Below, piece after piece: positions 34,983 through 46,200 of a stretch of 64,000 bases of DNA (within the stretch, counting starts at the first letter, position 1; each line of letters opens with the position of its first letter). The notes beneath the pieces were generated by a model. The model was not told the origin of the DNA. It was given only the letters and a program-made list of their open reading frames with translations, and did not search any database. A program made the position numbers and the translations under genes. This stretch comes from Cyanophora paradoxa CCMP329 (lineage: Eukaryota > Plantae > Glaucophyta), in contig QPMI01000468.1 in assembly GCA_004431415.1 (NCBI GenBank), forward strand, positions 1 through 64,000. Reading direction: 5' to 3'.

Positions 34983-36182
34983 ATGAGTATCACGAATCTC
35001 CCCTTTATCACTCGGGAAACCTTATATTTGGATGACGGTTTCGAGCTCAGCAGTAACATTACCGCTTCCAATGTGACCATATCCTCGAACCTTGTGGTAA
35101 AAGACTTTCTATTAAACCAGAGCAACCTTGAATATATCGATATCACCAGCAATCTCCCTTTTACCTATGGCACTGATAACTCAGCCCTCGTAATATATCA
35201 TGGGGGCGCACCTGTTGCATTCTTTGGCAGCAATTTCCCCACTGTGCGAACCTTCCAGCACGAAATCAATAAAGCCCGCCCCATCCCACTGACAGCTGTC
35301 GTCGAATGGGATCCTGTTAAATATTCGCAGAGCATCACAAGCAATATCACCCTCACTCGACCGCATTTAATTGATGTCATGGGGGTCGACCTTGTAAAGG
35401 AGTTTTATAGTGAGCGATTCACAAGAAACGAGCGAGATGTAGCCCAGGATCTCGAAATCTCGGGTTTATCAATTGCTACCGCAGCAAACACGGCAGGGCT
35501 CGCTGTTTTAACAGGGGCTATCACCATCACTGATGCGATCATGTATTTATCCCGCGATTTGGTGCCTTTGCTCGATCATCAGTTTAATCTCGGGCAATCT
35601 AACACTGATGCTGTTAAGAAATGGCTCAATGTGTATGCCTATGATGGGTGGTTTGATGACTTGCACACGACTAACCTTTATAGCACGACCTCAAAAACAA
35701 GTAACATAATCTTGCCTTTCAATCACTCACTCCGACCTAATCAGATTCTTACCAATGATAATGCACTGATCAGCTACACCGACTATAATAGTAACCTTTC
35801 CCGCTCGGTTTCGCAAACTGAGACCTACACTGTCGAGGGATACCCTCAGCAGCTCGCAAATGGGGTCTATGTCGCTTACGTAGGCAAACCTACATATACA
35901 TTCACTTGGGATCAGTTGGGTGTCACAGGTTTCGAGACGAATATACCCACTGTTTCATTGGTGGATCACACTACTTATTATAATCCTATCTATAACAATA
36001 ATGAATCTAATAAAGCATTTATCCAAAATGTCACCTCCACAGGGTTTCAGGTTTCGTTTGTCATTAACGAGACATACAATTTACTTATCATCCGAAACAA
36101 CTCATTGAGTTCCGAAGCTACTATTAGTTTCACTCTTAACATCAATTATATCACCCTGAATTCGATAGCAAACCCAGAGTGA
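34983..36182 (+). CDS. Putative structural/fibre protein (possibly the N-terminal part of one gene with 36179-38308)
   Basis: 399-aa N/T/S-rich ORF. LVPLLDHQFNLG..KWLNVYA repeat also seen at the start of the next ORF and in 56356-61251. Confidence 0.65.
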   Translation: MSITNLPFITRETLYLDDGFELSSNITASNVTISSNLVVKDFLLNQSNLEYIDITSNLPFTYGTDNSALVIYHGGAPVAFFGSNFPTVRTFQHEINKARPIPLTAVVEWDPVKYSQSITSNITLTRPHLIDVMGVDLVKEFYSERFTRNERDVAQDLEISGLSIATAANTAGLAVLTGAITITDAIMYLSRDLVPLLDHQFNLGQSNTDAVKKWLNVYAYDGWFDDLHTTNLYSTTSKTSNIILPFNHSLRPNQILTNDNALISYTDYNSNLSRSVSQTETYTVEGYPQQLANGVYVAYVGKPTYTFTWDQLGVTGFETNIPTVSLVDHTTYYNPIYNNNESNKAFIQNVTSTGFQVSFVINETYNLLIIRNNSLSSEATISFTLNINYITLNSIANPE

Positions 36183-38308
36183 AGGTTTACCGAGATTTAC
36201 AAGGTAGCAATATCGTGCCCTTCTCACAGAATTTCGATCTTGGGGCGAATTCTTTGAGGTGGAACACAGTTTATACTTTGAATGCAAACACCTGTAATAT
36301 TGTGGTCGCAGGGTCATCGGCTACTATTGGAGATCTGACCGCCCCTTTCAAAAAGGAGTATCTTAAAGAGCTGTATATTACAAAGTCTGATTTACCAGAT
36401 GCTATTTCGTTGGTGCTCTCCCCGACTCCCAGTATATCCTATCACAATGTGAAAGACACCAGTAATGTAGTGCAGAGGGGAAGCAAAGTATTCCAGGCAT
36501 CCGAGATATCAGCAACAACATATAGATACCTTGCAGCGGTTCCAGCGAATTTTAATTTCACATTTGAGACACCTTTTGTTTCCCCTCCTACTATTGAAAT
36601 AACAGACACGAATTTGTATGTGGTCAATAATGGGTCGACCACCTCTATTAACAATGCACCAGCCGGCTACTCCCCATTTGTTGCAACTAACATAACAACC
36701 ACCGGCTTCACACTTGTCGGAAATGCAACAGTGACATATGCTCTTACAGCATATCCTGTTGGGTTGTATTTTGCGAAATTTAATCTTTCAGCGATCCCAC
36801 CTGTGTCCCTTTCTCCTCCCTTTACTATCAATTGGAAGGCAACAGGAACTATTCCGCGATTTGACCCCGAAGACCGCTTGAAAATAAGGTATCCTCTCGA
36901 TGTGACCGACCTCCATACTACGAGAATAAATGGGCAGAATTTCGTATTTAATGGAACCAATGCGACTCTGATCAATAACAGTGTCACAAATAATTACTTT
37001 TTCGATTCTCGATACATTAATACTTGCAACATCGTCATACAGAACACGTTTGAAAATCGCAGTAAGACATTAACAGTCACCTTGCCCACTCACTCGAATG
37101 TCTCAGATGGATTTTACTATTATCTGTTCAATCGCAATTACACCTCTTATATTCCATATCCATCTGAGACTGTGGACATGAGCTATCCCAGAGTCACCCT
37201 AACATCGACCAATACTCACTTCTTTGGATCCACGGACTTTATGACCTTCTTTGCATTCACATCATCCACAGATGGGCTGTTAGTTTATTACACTTTCAGG
37301 TATGATGCTGTTTGGACTCAGCTTGACAGCCACCCAAATACAGATGTAATCGAAGTGGGCGATAAGAAATATATTAAAACCGCTTCCCCATGGGTGTGCA
37401 CTGTCCGGCTCGATGATAGATACACTCCCAACCTAAATAACATTGGAATGCACTCGACATGTAATATTTATGTGCAAGGTGCAATTTCGGCTACCAAATA
37501 TTTCGAGGGTGGGAACTGTGATGCAGCCCATAGGTTGCTATCGCGAAATGGGCTCTTTGAGTCATTCAGTGGGACGGCTCTACCGCCCTTTATCAGGGAC
37601 ACAGTCTATGATACTACATGCAATATTTGGGTGTGCCGATCTGTGAGCAATCCGCCTGTGACAAAGGAATTATATAAATACCTGTCAGATACCTATGGTG
37701 CAATTACAGGGTCTTCAACAGGAAATCCAGCAACGGCTCCCATCGTGTTTGCAAATGCATACACAGCGCCGACATCATTAGCAGGGTCGACAGAGCCGCC
37801 ACCAAACGATCCCAATCCGAACCAGCCTAACCCAGATCCCGATTCAAAAGATCCCCCTACAACTAATCCAGATCCAAACACGACACCTAATAATCCCTCA
37901 AATCCTACAAATCCAGTCGGATCGCCAGGAATGGATCCCGGGACGTTAGTGCTTCTAATTCTCTTGCCAATTCTCGGTGCTCTTGGACTTGTGCTTGCAT
38001 ACAAATTCCGAGCTCTATGTTGTGCTTGCATAGACAGAACCATTGCAGGAGCAGGTAATAAATACTCGGTGCCAGAAATGAATGTGACCCAAACAGCCGA
38101 AGGAGATGTGGGCTTAGAGGTGAGGTCAGCCGAGGGGCATGGTCTTAGTGTAGTGAGAACTGATCAACCACCAGCAAGTAGGGCAGCACCCAAAAAATCG
38201 CGAGCAGAACGAATGGCTGAATCAATAATAAAAGATAATGCAGACTTTATGGCGGAAATGGCACAGCGAGAAGGGAGAATATATGAACATGTTCCAAATG
38301 TTATGTAG
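36179..38308 (+). CDS. Putative structural protein with Pro/Asn/Asp linker and C-terminal transmembrane helix
   Basis: 709-aa ORF starting only with GTG; PNDPNPNQPNPDPD tract followed by LVLLILLPILGALGLVLAY. Confidence 0.65.
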   Translation: MKVYRDLQGSNIVPFSQNFDLGANSLRWNTVYTLNANTCNIVVAGSSATIGDLTAPFKKEYLKELYITKSDLPDAISLVLSPTPSISYHNVKDTSNVVQRGSKVFQASEISATTYRYLAAVPANFNFTFETPFVSPPTIEITDTNLYVVNNGSTTSINNAPAGYSPFVATNITTTGFTLVGNATVTYALTAYPVGLYFAKFNLSAIPPVSLSPPFTINWKATGTIPRFDPEDRLKIRYPLDVTDLHTTRINGQNFVFNGTNATLINNSVTNNYFFDSRYINTCNIVIQNTFENRSKTLTVTLPTHSNVSDGFYYYLFNRNYTSYIPYPSETVDMSYPRVTLTSTNTHFFGSTDFMTFFAFTSSTDGLLVYYTFRYDAVWTQLDSHPNTDVIEVGDKKYIKTASPWVCTVRLDDRYTPNLNNIGMHSTCNIYVQGAISATKYFEGGNCDAAHRLLSRNGLFESFSGTALPPFIRDTVYDTTCNIWVCRSVSNPPVTKELYKYLSDTYGAITGSSTGNPATAPIVFANAYTAPTSLAGSTEPPPNDPNPNQPNPDPDSKDPPTTNPDPNTTPNNPSNPTNPVGSPGMDPGTLVLLILLPILGALGLVLAYKFRALCCACIDRTIAGAGNKYSVPEMNVTQTAEGDVGLEVRSAEGHGLSVVRTDQPPASRAAPKKSRAERMAESIIKDNADFMAEMAQREGRIYEHVPNVM

Positions 38309-38346
38309 CGATCCTAATTTTTGTAGTATGCCATAATAGAGAAATA

Positions 38347-39810
38347 ATGACGGAACCCATAGTAGAAACGACAGTAAAGAATGCTGTATTGGATAATCAA
38401 TTTTATATAACCCATGCCAATATACCCAGTGAATCCAATGACCTAATTGTTAATCTAAAAGGCTATGTGATGGGAGCTATGGCTTCTAACCTATGGAATG
38501 ACCTTTTCGGTTACGAGTTTGGTCACATCTATGACATTGCAAATGGGATCGGCTATGTGGATGCGATGGCAGGCACAGCCTTTCGAAATCTAAATTGCAA
38601 CTGTGTGGGTGGGTGGATGTTTCAGATCTGTTCAAATGTCGATCCTACTATTGATCCCGCCACGATAACCTTTGATTGCAATCTGTTTGCCCCCAAAACC
38701 ATTTTCTCCATCACTTGCAATCTCGTTAATTCGGATGTGCCCATAGTAGCACCTGTAATAGGTGCATCAAATATGTATATCCAAAGAAACCCGGTCGTGC
38801 ATACAGGTGCCGAATTTATATTGGGCGACAACACCCCAATTAGTCGACTCGAATTGCCCACGAATTTCACCTTTAATCTCGTGGATGAGTTCCCTAACAG
38901 TCAAAGTCTTATGTATTTCACCTCTGAAAATCGCCTTTCTGGTGCATTCTCACCCATTGAGCTGTCTATACCGAAGCAAAAGGTGAGCTATAAGGAGCTT
39001 ACAGATGTGCCGGCGGGATTTAGTGGGAAGTGGAGTGATATCATTCAGAAGCCGACTTGGAGTAGTGTAGCATACACAGGAAATTACTATGATTTAGTAG
39101 GAACTCCCGATTTCACAAGCTATATACCTCGTTGGATTGATCAAAGTGTAATTATATCAGAATCTACACTTCCTTTCAATGGGACATGGGATAGGTTATT
39201 TACTAAGCCGAATTTGCATGCTGTTGCCACAAGTGGTGACTACAACGATTTAACTAACACCCCTATTGCACCGACCTTGCATGCTGTGGCTACAAGTGGG
39301 AGCTATACAGATTTAGTTAATACACCAAACTTGCATGCTGTGGCTACAAGCGGGAACTATGACGATTTAATTAACACACCCACTTCGCCACCTACTCACA
39401 ATCACAGCATCGAGTTGCTCACGAATTTCGGTAGTTATGTGAATCCAAATGCATATGTGCAACAAGGGACAATGGATGTAGTAATTCCTGCCGGAGTCTA
39501 TTACAAAGGGGATTTTACCACAGTATCGGGAACCGTTACATTCTCAACCCCATTTTTTAGTGATCCTGTAATTACTGCTACTCTCGAAAACAGTATTATT
39601 TTAACAAGTGTCGATTTCACCAATAGCATATATCTCTCTGCTGAATATCAGTTCGGAAATCGCATTGGGTTCAAAAATAAATTCACTTGGATTGCCATAT
39701 TCACTTGTTACTCAGCAATCAATTATACGAATGTGCCCCAAAACGAAAGAACGCTTAAACTCCATTGGATTGCTGTCGGACCTCTCCAAAACAATAATAT
39801 TCTCGCTTAA
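38347..39810 (+). CDS. Phage tail-fibre-like protein
   Basis: Three LHAVATSG(D/S/N)YxDL repeats typical of phage fibre shafts; C-terminal SGTVTFSTPF..DPVI...LHWIAVG (gp53/H-lectin-like). Confidence 0.75.
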   Translation: MTEPIVETTVKNAVLDNQFYITHANIPSESNDLIVNLKGYVMGAMASNLWNDLFGYEFGHIYDIANGIGYVDAMAGTAFRNLNCNCVGGWMFQICSNVDPTIDPATITFDCNLFAPKTIFSITCNLVNSDVPIVAPVIGASNMYIQRNPVVHTGAEFILGDNTPISRLELPTNFTFNLVDEFPNSQSLMYFTSENRLSGAFSPIELSIPKQKVSYKELTDVPAGFSGKWSDIIQKPTWSSVAYTGNYYDLVGTPDFTSYIPRWIDQSVIISESTLPFNGTWDRLFTKPNLHAVATSGDYNDLTNTPIAPTLHAVATSGSYTDLVNTPNLHAVATSGNYDDLINTPTSPPTHNHSIELLTNFGSYVNPNAYVQQGTMDVVIPAGVYYKGDFTTVSGTVTFSTPFFSDPVITATLENSIILTSVDFTNSIYLSAEYQFGNRIGFKNKFTWIAIFTCYSAINYTNVPQNERTLKLHWIAVGPLQNNNILA

Positions 39811-39831
39811 TAAGTAAAGAACAATCAAAAG

Positions 39832-40848
39832 ATGTCAACTGTATTCACGCCTGTGTTTTCTTTGAGTGCAAGTGCTGTCCATAATGTCCAACACACAGTC
39901 TATGATTTATCTCCGAGCCATCCTTCGACTGAGACAGCAAAAACCGATTCTTTTAATGACCAAAGCATACTCAGAGTCAAAGAACTCAGAGCTGACAAGA
40001 TTGATGGACTCGTTAAAGCTACTCAAATGATCGTATCGAATCGACCCGCAATCTCTTCGGGGCTGGTCACCAAAGAAAATCTATATGAAGGTCAACAGGA
40101 TTCCAAAACGGCTTTTAATCCGGCTGATAGGAATTCGGCGGCTTTCCAAGTTTACAGTGGCGGGGCATGGATTGGGACTGGACTCGGGGTGAATGGGAAT
40201 GCGACAATTACTGGAAATGCGACAATTACTGGAAGCCTTACAGCTGGATCTTTTGGGACAGTTAAAACGACGACTATTGATTCTGGGGGCAACACAGAAT
40301 TAGTAATCAAGCGAAATAATGAGAATATCGCTTCTACATTTGTGAGTAGTCACACTAATTCCACAGGTGGGGCGGTTGCGGGAACTTACAGCTGGAAAGG
40401 TCTCACTATCAATGGCACGAACTCTTATCTTGCCACTCCAAATCATCCTCTATTTTCTGTTGCAATAAATACAAATGTAGCTGCTCCTGCCTATATTGGA
40501 TCTTACCCTCATTGGTGGGTCAACACTGGAAATCACCTGAATCGTGATACTGGAATATTCACTGCTCCTGTTTCTGGTCGCTACAAACTTTGCTTCACTG
40601 GGCTTACGGGTCTTAACAATTTGACTACACAGGTTCAACTGAAAATAAATAATGCAAACCCACAAGTTGAGGTCAATGCATACATATCTGCATTGGGCGC
40701 AAACCATCAAAGACCATTAGGGTTTAATACGATTGTGACTCTGTATGCGGGAGATACAGCCCGAGTATACATTGGAAGTGGCGAGATTAGTGGGGGAGCA
40801 AACTTTGCTAATACCATTTGGACTGGTGAATTAATTTCGGCATTATAA
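39832..40848 (+). CDS. Fibre-like protein with C-terminal C1q/TNF-like domain
   Basis: NTGNHLNRDTGIFTAPVSGRY...LYAGDTARVY...WTGELI; N-terminus homologous to 61681 and 62559. Confidence 0.8.
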   Translation: MSTVFTPVFSLSASAVHNVQHTVYDLSPSHPSTETAKTDSFNDQSILRVKELRADKIDGLVKATQMIVSNRPAISSGLVTKENLYEGQQDSKTAFNPADRNSAAFQVYSGGAWIGTGLGVNGNATITGNATITGSLTAGSFGTVKTTTIDSGGNTELVIKRNNENIASTFVSSHTNSTGGAVAGTYSWKGLTINGTNSYLATPNHPLFSVAINTNVAAPAYIGSYPHWWVNTGNHLNRDTGIFTAPVSGRYKLCFTGLTGLNNLTTQVQLKINNANPQVEVNAYISALGANHQRPLGFNTIVTLYAGDTARVYIGSGEISGGANFANTIWTGELISAL

Positions 40849-40856
40849 GTAAAAGA

Positions 40857-41120
40857 ATGTCGAACATCTACCAAGTAGTTCTAACTGAGACTGAGAAACT
40901 GGGAATGGAATACTGTGCCTACTCTGTTCAGGATTGGATCGATAATGCTGCTCATAATAGGGCGAGAATTGCGATTGATGAGATTGTGGACAAAGAAGTT
41001 AAATCGTGTATTTCTGCTGGAATTCCGATTCCACTCACAAAGGAAGCGATTGTAGAGCAAGCATTTAATCGGGGGACTGTTCGAAAGGCAAGCGAAATTC
41101 CTGTGAGTGCTCCTATGTAA
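40857..41120 (+). CDS. Small protein resembling those adjacent to C1q fibres in marine phages
   Basis: MEY.AYSVQDWIDNAAHNRARIAIDEIV motif (recalled similarity, not searched). Confidence 0.6.
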   Translation: MSNIYQVVLTETEKLGMEYCAYSVQDWIDNAAHNRARIAIDEIVDKEVKSCISAGIPIPLTKEAIVEQAFNRGTVRKASEIPVSAPM

Positions 41121-41180
41121 AGAATTCGAAGAATGAGAGATGGGTTAATTGTTATTTTTCATAGATCATGCATAAGAAAG

Positions 41181-42655
41181 GCATGTATCTTGCATAGTGG
41201 GCGGGGCGCACTGTTTCACACTAAGGTCAATCGATTTTCATAGAGTCTCAGACTGATAACAATAAGATAAATAATAAACTACTTTATAATATATAAAAAC
41301 TACTTTAAACTACTCAACTACCTATGTTAAACTACGCAACTTAATACCGGAAACTACGCCATTAATACCAAAACTACGCAACTACGCAACTTTTTCACTT
41401 TTCTAATTTTTTTCCACCCCTACTCTCAAACTTTTTCAGAAAGTTGCGTAGTTGCGTAGTTTTGGTATTAAATGCGTAGTTTTCGGTATTAAAAGCGATC
41501 AGATTGCGTAGTTTTCATGCGTAGTTAATTTATTTTGCGTAGTCTCCGATTGCCCGCATGCATTTCGGTGCGAAACAATTGCGTAGCCTATAAAACGGTC
41601 GTGTTGCAGTGCGAAACGATCGCGTAGCTTTCCTTTGTAGCATGCCGGCGCTCTTTTCAGTAGAGAAAGCATGGTATATATCATAGAATCATATTGATAT
41701 TAATAAGAAACAACTTTATAATATATAAACTACTTTAAACTACTCAACTTTCCCTGAAAAACTACGCAATTCGAAACCAAAACTACGCAAATGAAACCAA
41801 AACTACGCAACTACGCAAGTTTTACACTTTTCTAAATTTTTCCCGCCCCGAATCTCAGACTTTTTCAGAAAGTTGCGTAGTTGCGTAGTTTTGGTATCTT
41901 TTCAGTAGTTCCCGGTATTAAATTGCGTAGTTTCTTTGAGTAGTTGCGATAGATTGCGTAGTTTCCTATGAGTAGCCGATCGATCTCGATGCGAAACTCA
42001 TACATTTACGTTGCGCACAGTCCGCCGCACAGTGCGCCGCACACTCTCGATGCGCGCGACATGTTTCATACAGCACACGATAATTGTTTACGTTGTTACA
42101 GGTGTTACAGGTCTTGCCCAAACTCGGGAACCAAGACCCCACTCCTAGGGCGGACTTTGGGATAAACCTGTAACACCTGTAACACTGAATAAGACCAATT
42201 AAAATACAAAAGAATCAATCATAATATATCATAGATCTACTTTGTTTTATAGAGAGCCGCATACAGAACGTTCCATGCAGCTCATGGTAGTTGTTTTTGA
42301 TAAAACGGCGCGTGATCGTCGCTTTTATATTGAAAATTCAGAACAACACACATATACAACGCCCGGCTTTTAGACTGAGGCAAGTTATAATTAAACTAAG
42401 TTGAGTCACACCTAAACTATAATGAATCTCACGAGATATATAAGTCTACTCATCGAGAATATAGCTAAACTTCACATAAACTATACATATTTCACATATT
42501 TTATTAAAAAGAAGCTATAACCCACGATAAAATAAATACATATCACCGATAAAACACACACATATTCACGATAGATATATTATAAATACAGGTTATATAC
42601 TAACGAGATCAATTTAAATAAGCCGAGGTCTAAAAGCCGGGCGTTGTATATGTGT
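41181..42655 (-). repeat. Right TIR of element B (1475 bp, uninterrupted)
   Basis: Reverse complement of 12592-13844 + 17000-17220; followed by TSD ATAGGG. Confidence 0.95.
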
Positions 42656-42661
42656 ATAGGG

Positions 42662-42976
42662 ACTCAAGAAGGGTTTGCGAAAAGCAATAAAGGAATCTGG
42701 GCCTCTCACTTTGCACTGGGAGTTGAGGGCAAGCTGAACAGAGACGAGATGGTCTTGCACCTAAATGGCACCCGGCTTGATAATCGAACAGTAAATCTTC
42801 GAGTGGTTCCTAATGTTCAAAGAGAATTTAGATTTGGGCAGTATTCAGGCTCACGTTTTATAAACGTCTGGAAAGTAAATCCGAAATACTGCTCATGGCT
42901 GCTGGAAAACTGTGAAGATTACTTGACGGAGGGTGAAATGAAGGATTTGAAACGTCTACTGGCGACAAAGATTTGA
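42662..42976 (+). pseudogene. 3' part of split HNH endonuclease gene of element A (with C-terminal FGQY..NPKYC.WL motif)
   Basis: VLHLNGTRLDNRTVNLR HNH-like motif; joins in frame to 12487-12591 to give 139 aa. Confidence 0.88.
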
Positions 42977-43247
42977 TCAGCTGGGCGTGTTTACAGTCTG
43001 GAGGGAACGTGAGACACAGCGCGGGCGAGCTCTATCTAGGCGCTATCAGGGGCAACCTCCCAAGCGGTAGGGGCCCCCAGAGCGGTCTGTTGCGGCCTCT
43101 GGAGAGAGTAACTTTTTACATTCACTGTAATTCCTAGCTTGCCATGAGCAGCACCAGTGACATGTTATAAAGGAATAGCACCGCCCTATAGTAACGAGCG
43201 GTTGGTTGCGCGCTTTCTCCGAAAATCTTTTGGAGCGCTATTGTTAA

Positions 43248-46200
43248 ATGGAACGACGGATTGAGATCGCGCGGCTCAAAGAGCAGATAGCAGGCCAGGC
43301 CGAGGATTTGTACAATCGCAGGTTTATTCATGGACAATTTAGAAACAAACTACAGCGCATTAGTGCGAGTGGCTCACGTACTAGACTTCCGACACTACAA
43401 AAATACGCATCACTTCTGTACGAGCTATCAACAGTACCGAGGCCGCCGAGACTAGTTTCAGCAGCACGGCTTGAGCTTGCTATTGCTGAGGGAATTGTAG
43501 CAGGATTTTCCGAGCTGCCCGATCTGAGCGAGAGCGAGTTCAGCGAAACTGAAGTTGTAGAGGAGGACGGCACAGTAATGACACGTACAGCGCTGAACGG
43601 GACATATGCTGACTGGGAGTACAGGCCCTCACGTGGAACAGGCCGAGTCACATCGATGCAGGCACAGATTGAAAATAATGCAAGATTCAGAGCAGGCGCA
43701 GTGGCATTTGTAAGCGTGCAGCAAGAATTAGCAAGTGAGGATCGAATGGGTATAGCTTTGCAGGTATCAGGAGTTGGACTATATCGCAAGCCAAACGAAG
43801 ACACAGCGCTTGCAGTAGTGATTGAGCACAGGAAATTTTACCGCATACTCCCAGGGTCAGACGTTGTTGAGGCGATCCGCTCACAGCTGGAGGAGCTAGA
43901 TACTATTGCGCAGGAAAAGAGTCGTGATTCTTCCGCTTTTGAGACATGGATTAAGCTACGCTTTACAGTGATTAGATATTTTAGACGTATGGGCGGCCGT
44001 GGACGAGGGTTTGTACTTCCGAGCTGGCTTGCACTCAAGCAGGCAATGATCAATATCAATGCACCAAACAACGAGTGCTTTAAATATGCAGTCCTCGCAG
44101 CGCGCAATCCGCTGGCGCCAGGGGTAGATTCCAGACATGCAGGAAGCTATCGGCATCATGAGGCATCGCTAGATTGTACAATGCTAACATATCCGACACC
44201 ACTCGATTCGAAAATGTTCAGCAAATTTGAGTGTGCGAATAATGTTAAGCTCTGCGTCTACACGACAGCGCTAGACAAACAAGACATCGTTCCAATCCAC
44301 ATAAGCGCAGCAACGGATGCTATACCAATACTGTACGTGCCAGCAGGCGACGGGAATGATGTGGGACATTATTTGTGGATAAAGAACATATCGCGCCTGT
44401 TTGGAAAGCATGGGTCGAATGCGAAGCACTATTGCCTGGCCTGCCAGTGCGGGTTTAGCTCAGACGAGGCCTTTCAAAATCATCTTAAATACGACCGGTG
44501 CCTTGATCGAGATGAGCACGCAAGGGACGTGCTTCCGAAAAAGGGCGAGCACATTATAAAATTCAACAGCTTCGAGAAGACGATTCGGCAAAGGCTTGTT
44601 GGATATGCTGACTCGGAAACAATGACTCTACCTGTTTTGCAGACCGAGAGTCCAGCAAAGACGAAGCAGCTAGGTGTTCACGCGATAGCTTCGATTGGGT
44701 GCTTAGTTATTCTAAACAAGGGACAAAATCAAGGGACGAATGCAACTGCAGACAGCGTTGAGAATTCAGAGACGAGGCAACAGGAGCAGTTTTGGTTCTC
44801 ACATATGGGTTCGCAAACTGATGAGTCTGCAGAGGCATTTGTTACTTGGCTAGATGAAAAAGAGCCGCAGTTTAAGGAAATCTTAGAGGAGAAAGCGACG
44901 ATGCAAATTACACAGGAACAAGAGCGCTCATTTCAAACAGCAGAAACGTGCTATATGTGTGGAAGCGAGTTCAAAGAAGTCAAAGATAAAAATCGAGATC
45001 ACTGCCACGACTCCGGGCAGTATCTTGGAGCGGCATGCAATGCCTGCAACAGGCGACGAGCAAAAGCTGCCGCCGTGCCAATATTCTTTCACAATGGACG
45101 AGGATTTGATTTTCACCTATTAGTGAGGGCTTTAGCAGCAGGATATAACCGGCGGAAAGTCGCAGAAAAAGCATTCCGAGACGATGTCGAGCGCCAGTTT
45201 CAAGCCAAATACGCAGGGCGTGAGCTGAGCGCAGATCATGCGAAAAATGCAAGGAAGCGGCTTGAGCGCAAACTACGTCCTCGTGAGTTACTGTCAACGA
45301 AGTTTGACCAGGTGTTTCAGAACAGCGAGCGCATTTCACAGTTCACATACGGCATTTACGTTTTCCGTGACTCTGCTCAGCACCTGCAGGGCAGTCTCGA
45401 TAGCCTTGCGGCTGCAGTACCTGATGAGAAAAAGAAAATCACGCGTGCACAGCATGAGGATGAGACACGGTTCAAACTAATGACGCGCAAGGGTGTCTAT
45501 CCATACAAGTACATTACTGGCTGGGATCGTCTTGCAGAGACATCACTACCAGGGCGCCGCCAATTTTACAACGAGCTAAAGCAGTCGAAGTGCTCTCGGG
45601 ATGATTATGCCCACGCTCAATCGGTCTGGCGTGAGCTTGGTTGCAGGACAATGGCTGACTATACATTGGAGTACATGAAGACAGACATAGCTCTTCTAGG
45701 AGACATATTTGAAAACTACCGTGACACGTGTATGGAGACGTACAAGCTGGACCCAAGCTACTTTATGAGCATTCCAGGTTTCTCGTGGCAGGCGGCTTTG
45801 AAGCACACTGGTCAGCAACTGGAGCTATTTTACGAAGGACAAGAAGATATGCACCGCTTTATTGAGAAAGGGATCCGGGGAGGAATCTCTATGATATCAA
45901 AAAGATATGCTCGAGCTAATAATGCCTGGATTGATAAGTACATCGTGGGTCACAGAAAAAAGCAGGGCTGGTTACTGTACCTCGATGCGAACAACCTTTA
46001 TGGGTTTTCTATGAAACAAAAACTACCGACAGGGGACTTCAAATGGGAGGACGTCAGAGGTATTACAGATCCTAAACTGTATATAACAGACCTTGATGTT
46101 CATGGTTCAAGGGGTTTTTCTCTGGAGGTTGACATGCATTGTCCAGAAGAGCTGCATGATTATTTTAGTGATTATCCACTAGCTCCCGAGCGAATGTGCA

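Larger units (their letters stand above)
12592..42655. mobile_element. Inner endogenous Polinton-like virus B (30,064 bp), complete with TIRs and 6-bp TSD
   Basis: Ends ACACATATACAACG...CGTTGTATATGTGT. ATAGGG duplicated at 12586-12591 and 42656-42661. ~1.47-kb TIRs. Carries integrase, pPolB, primase-helicase, ATPase and capsid-like genes. Confidence 0.95.

Noticed and set aside
42644-42661. Track start of the 110-aa ORF
   Set aside because: The start lies in the TIR/TSD of element B; the real N-terminus is at 12487.
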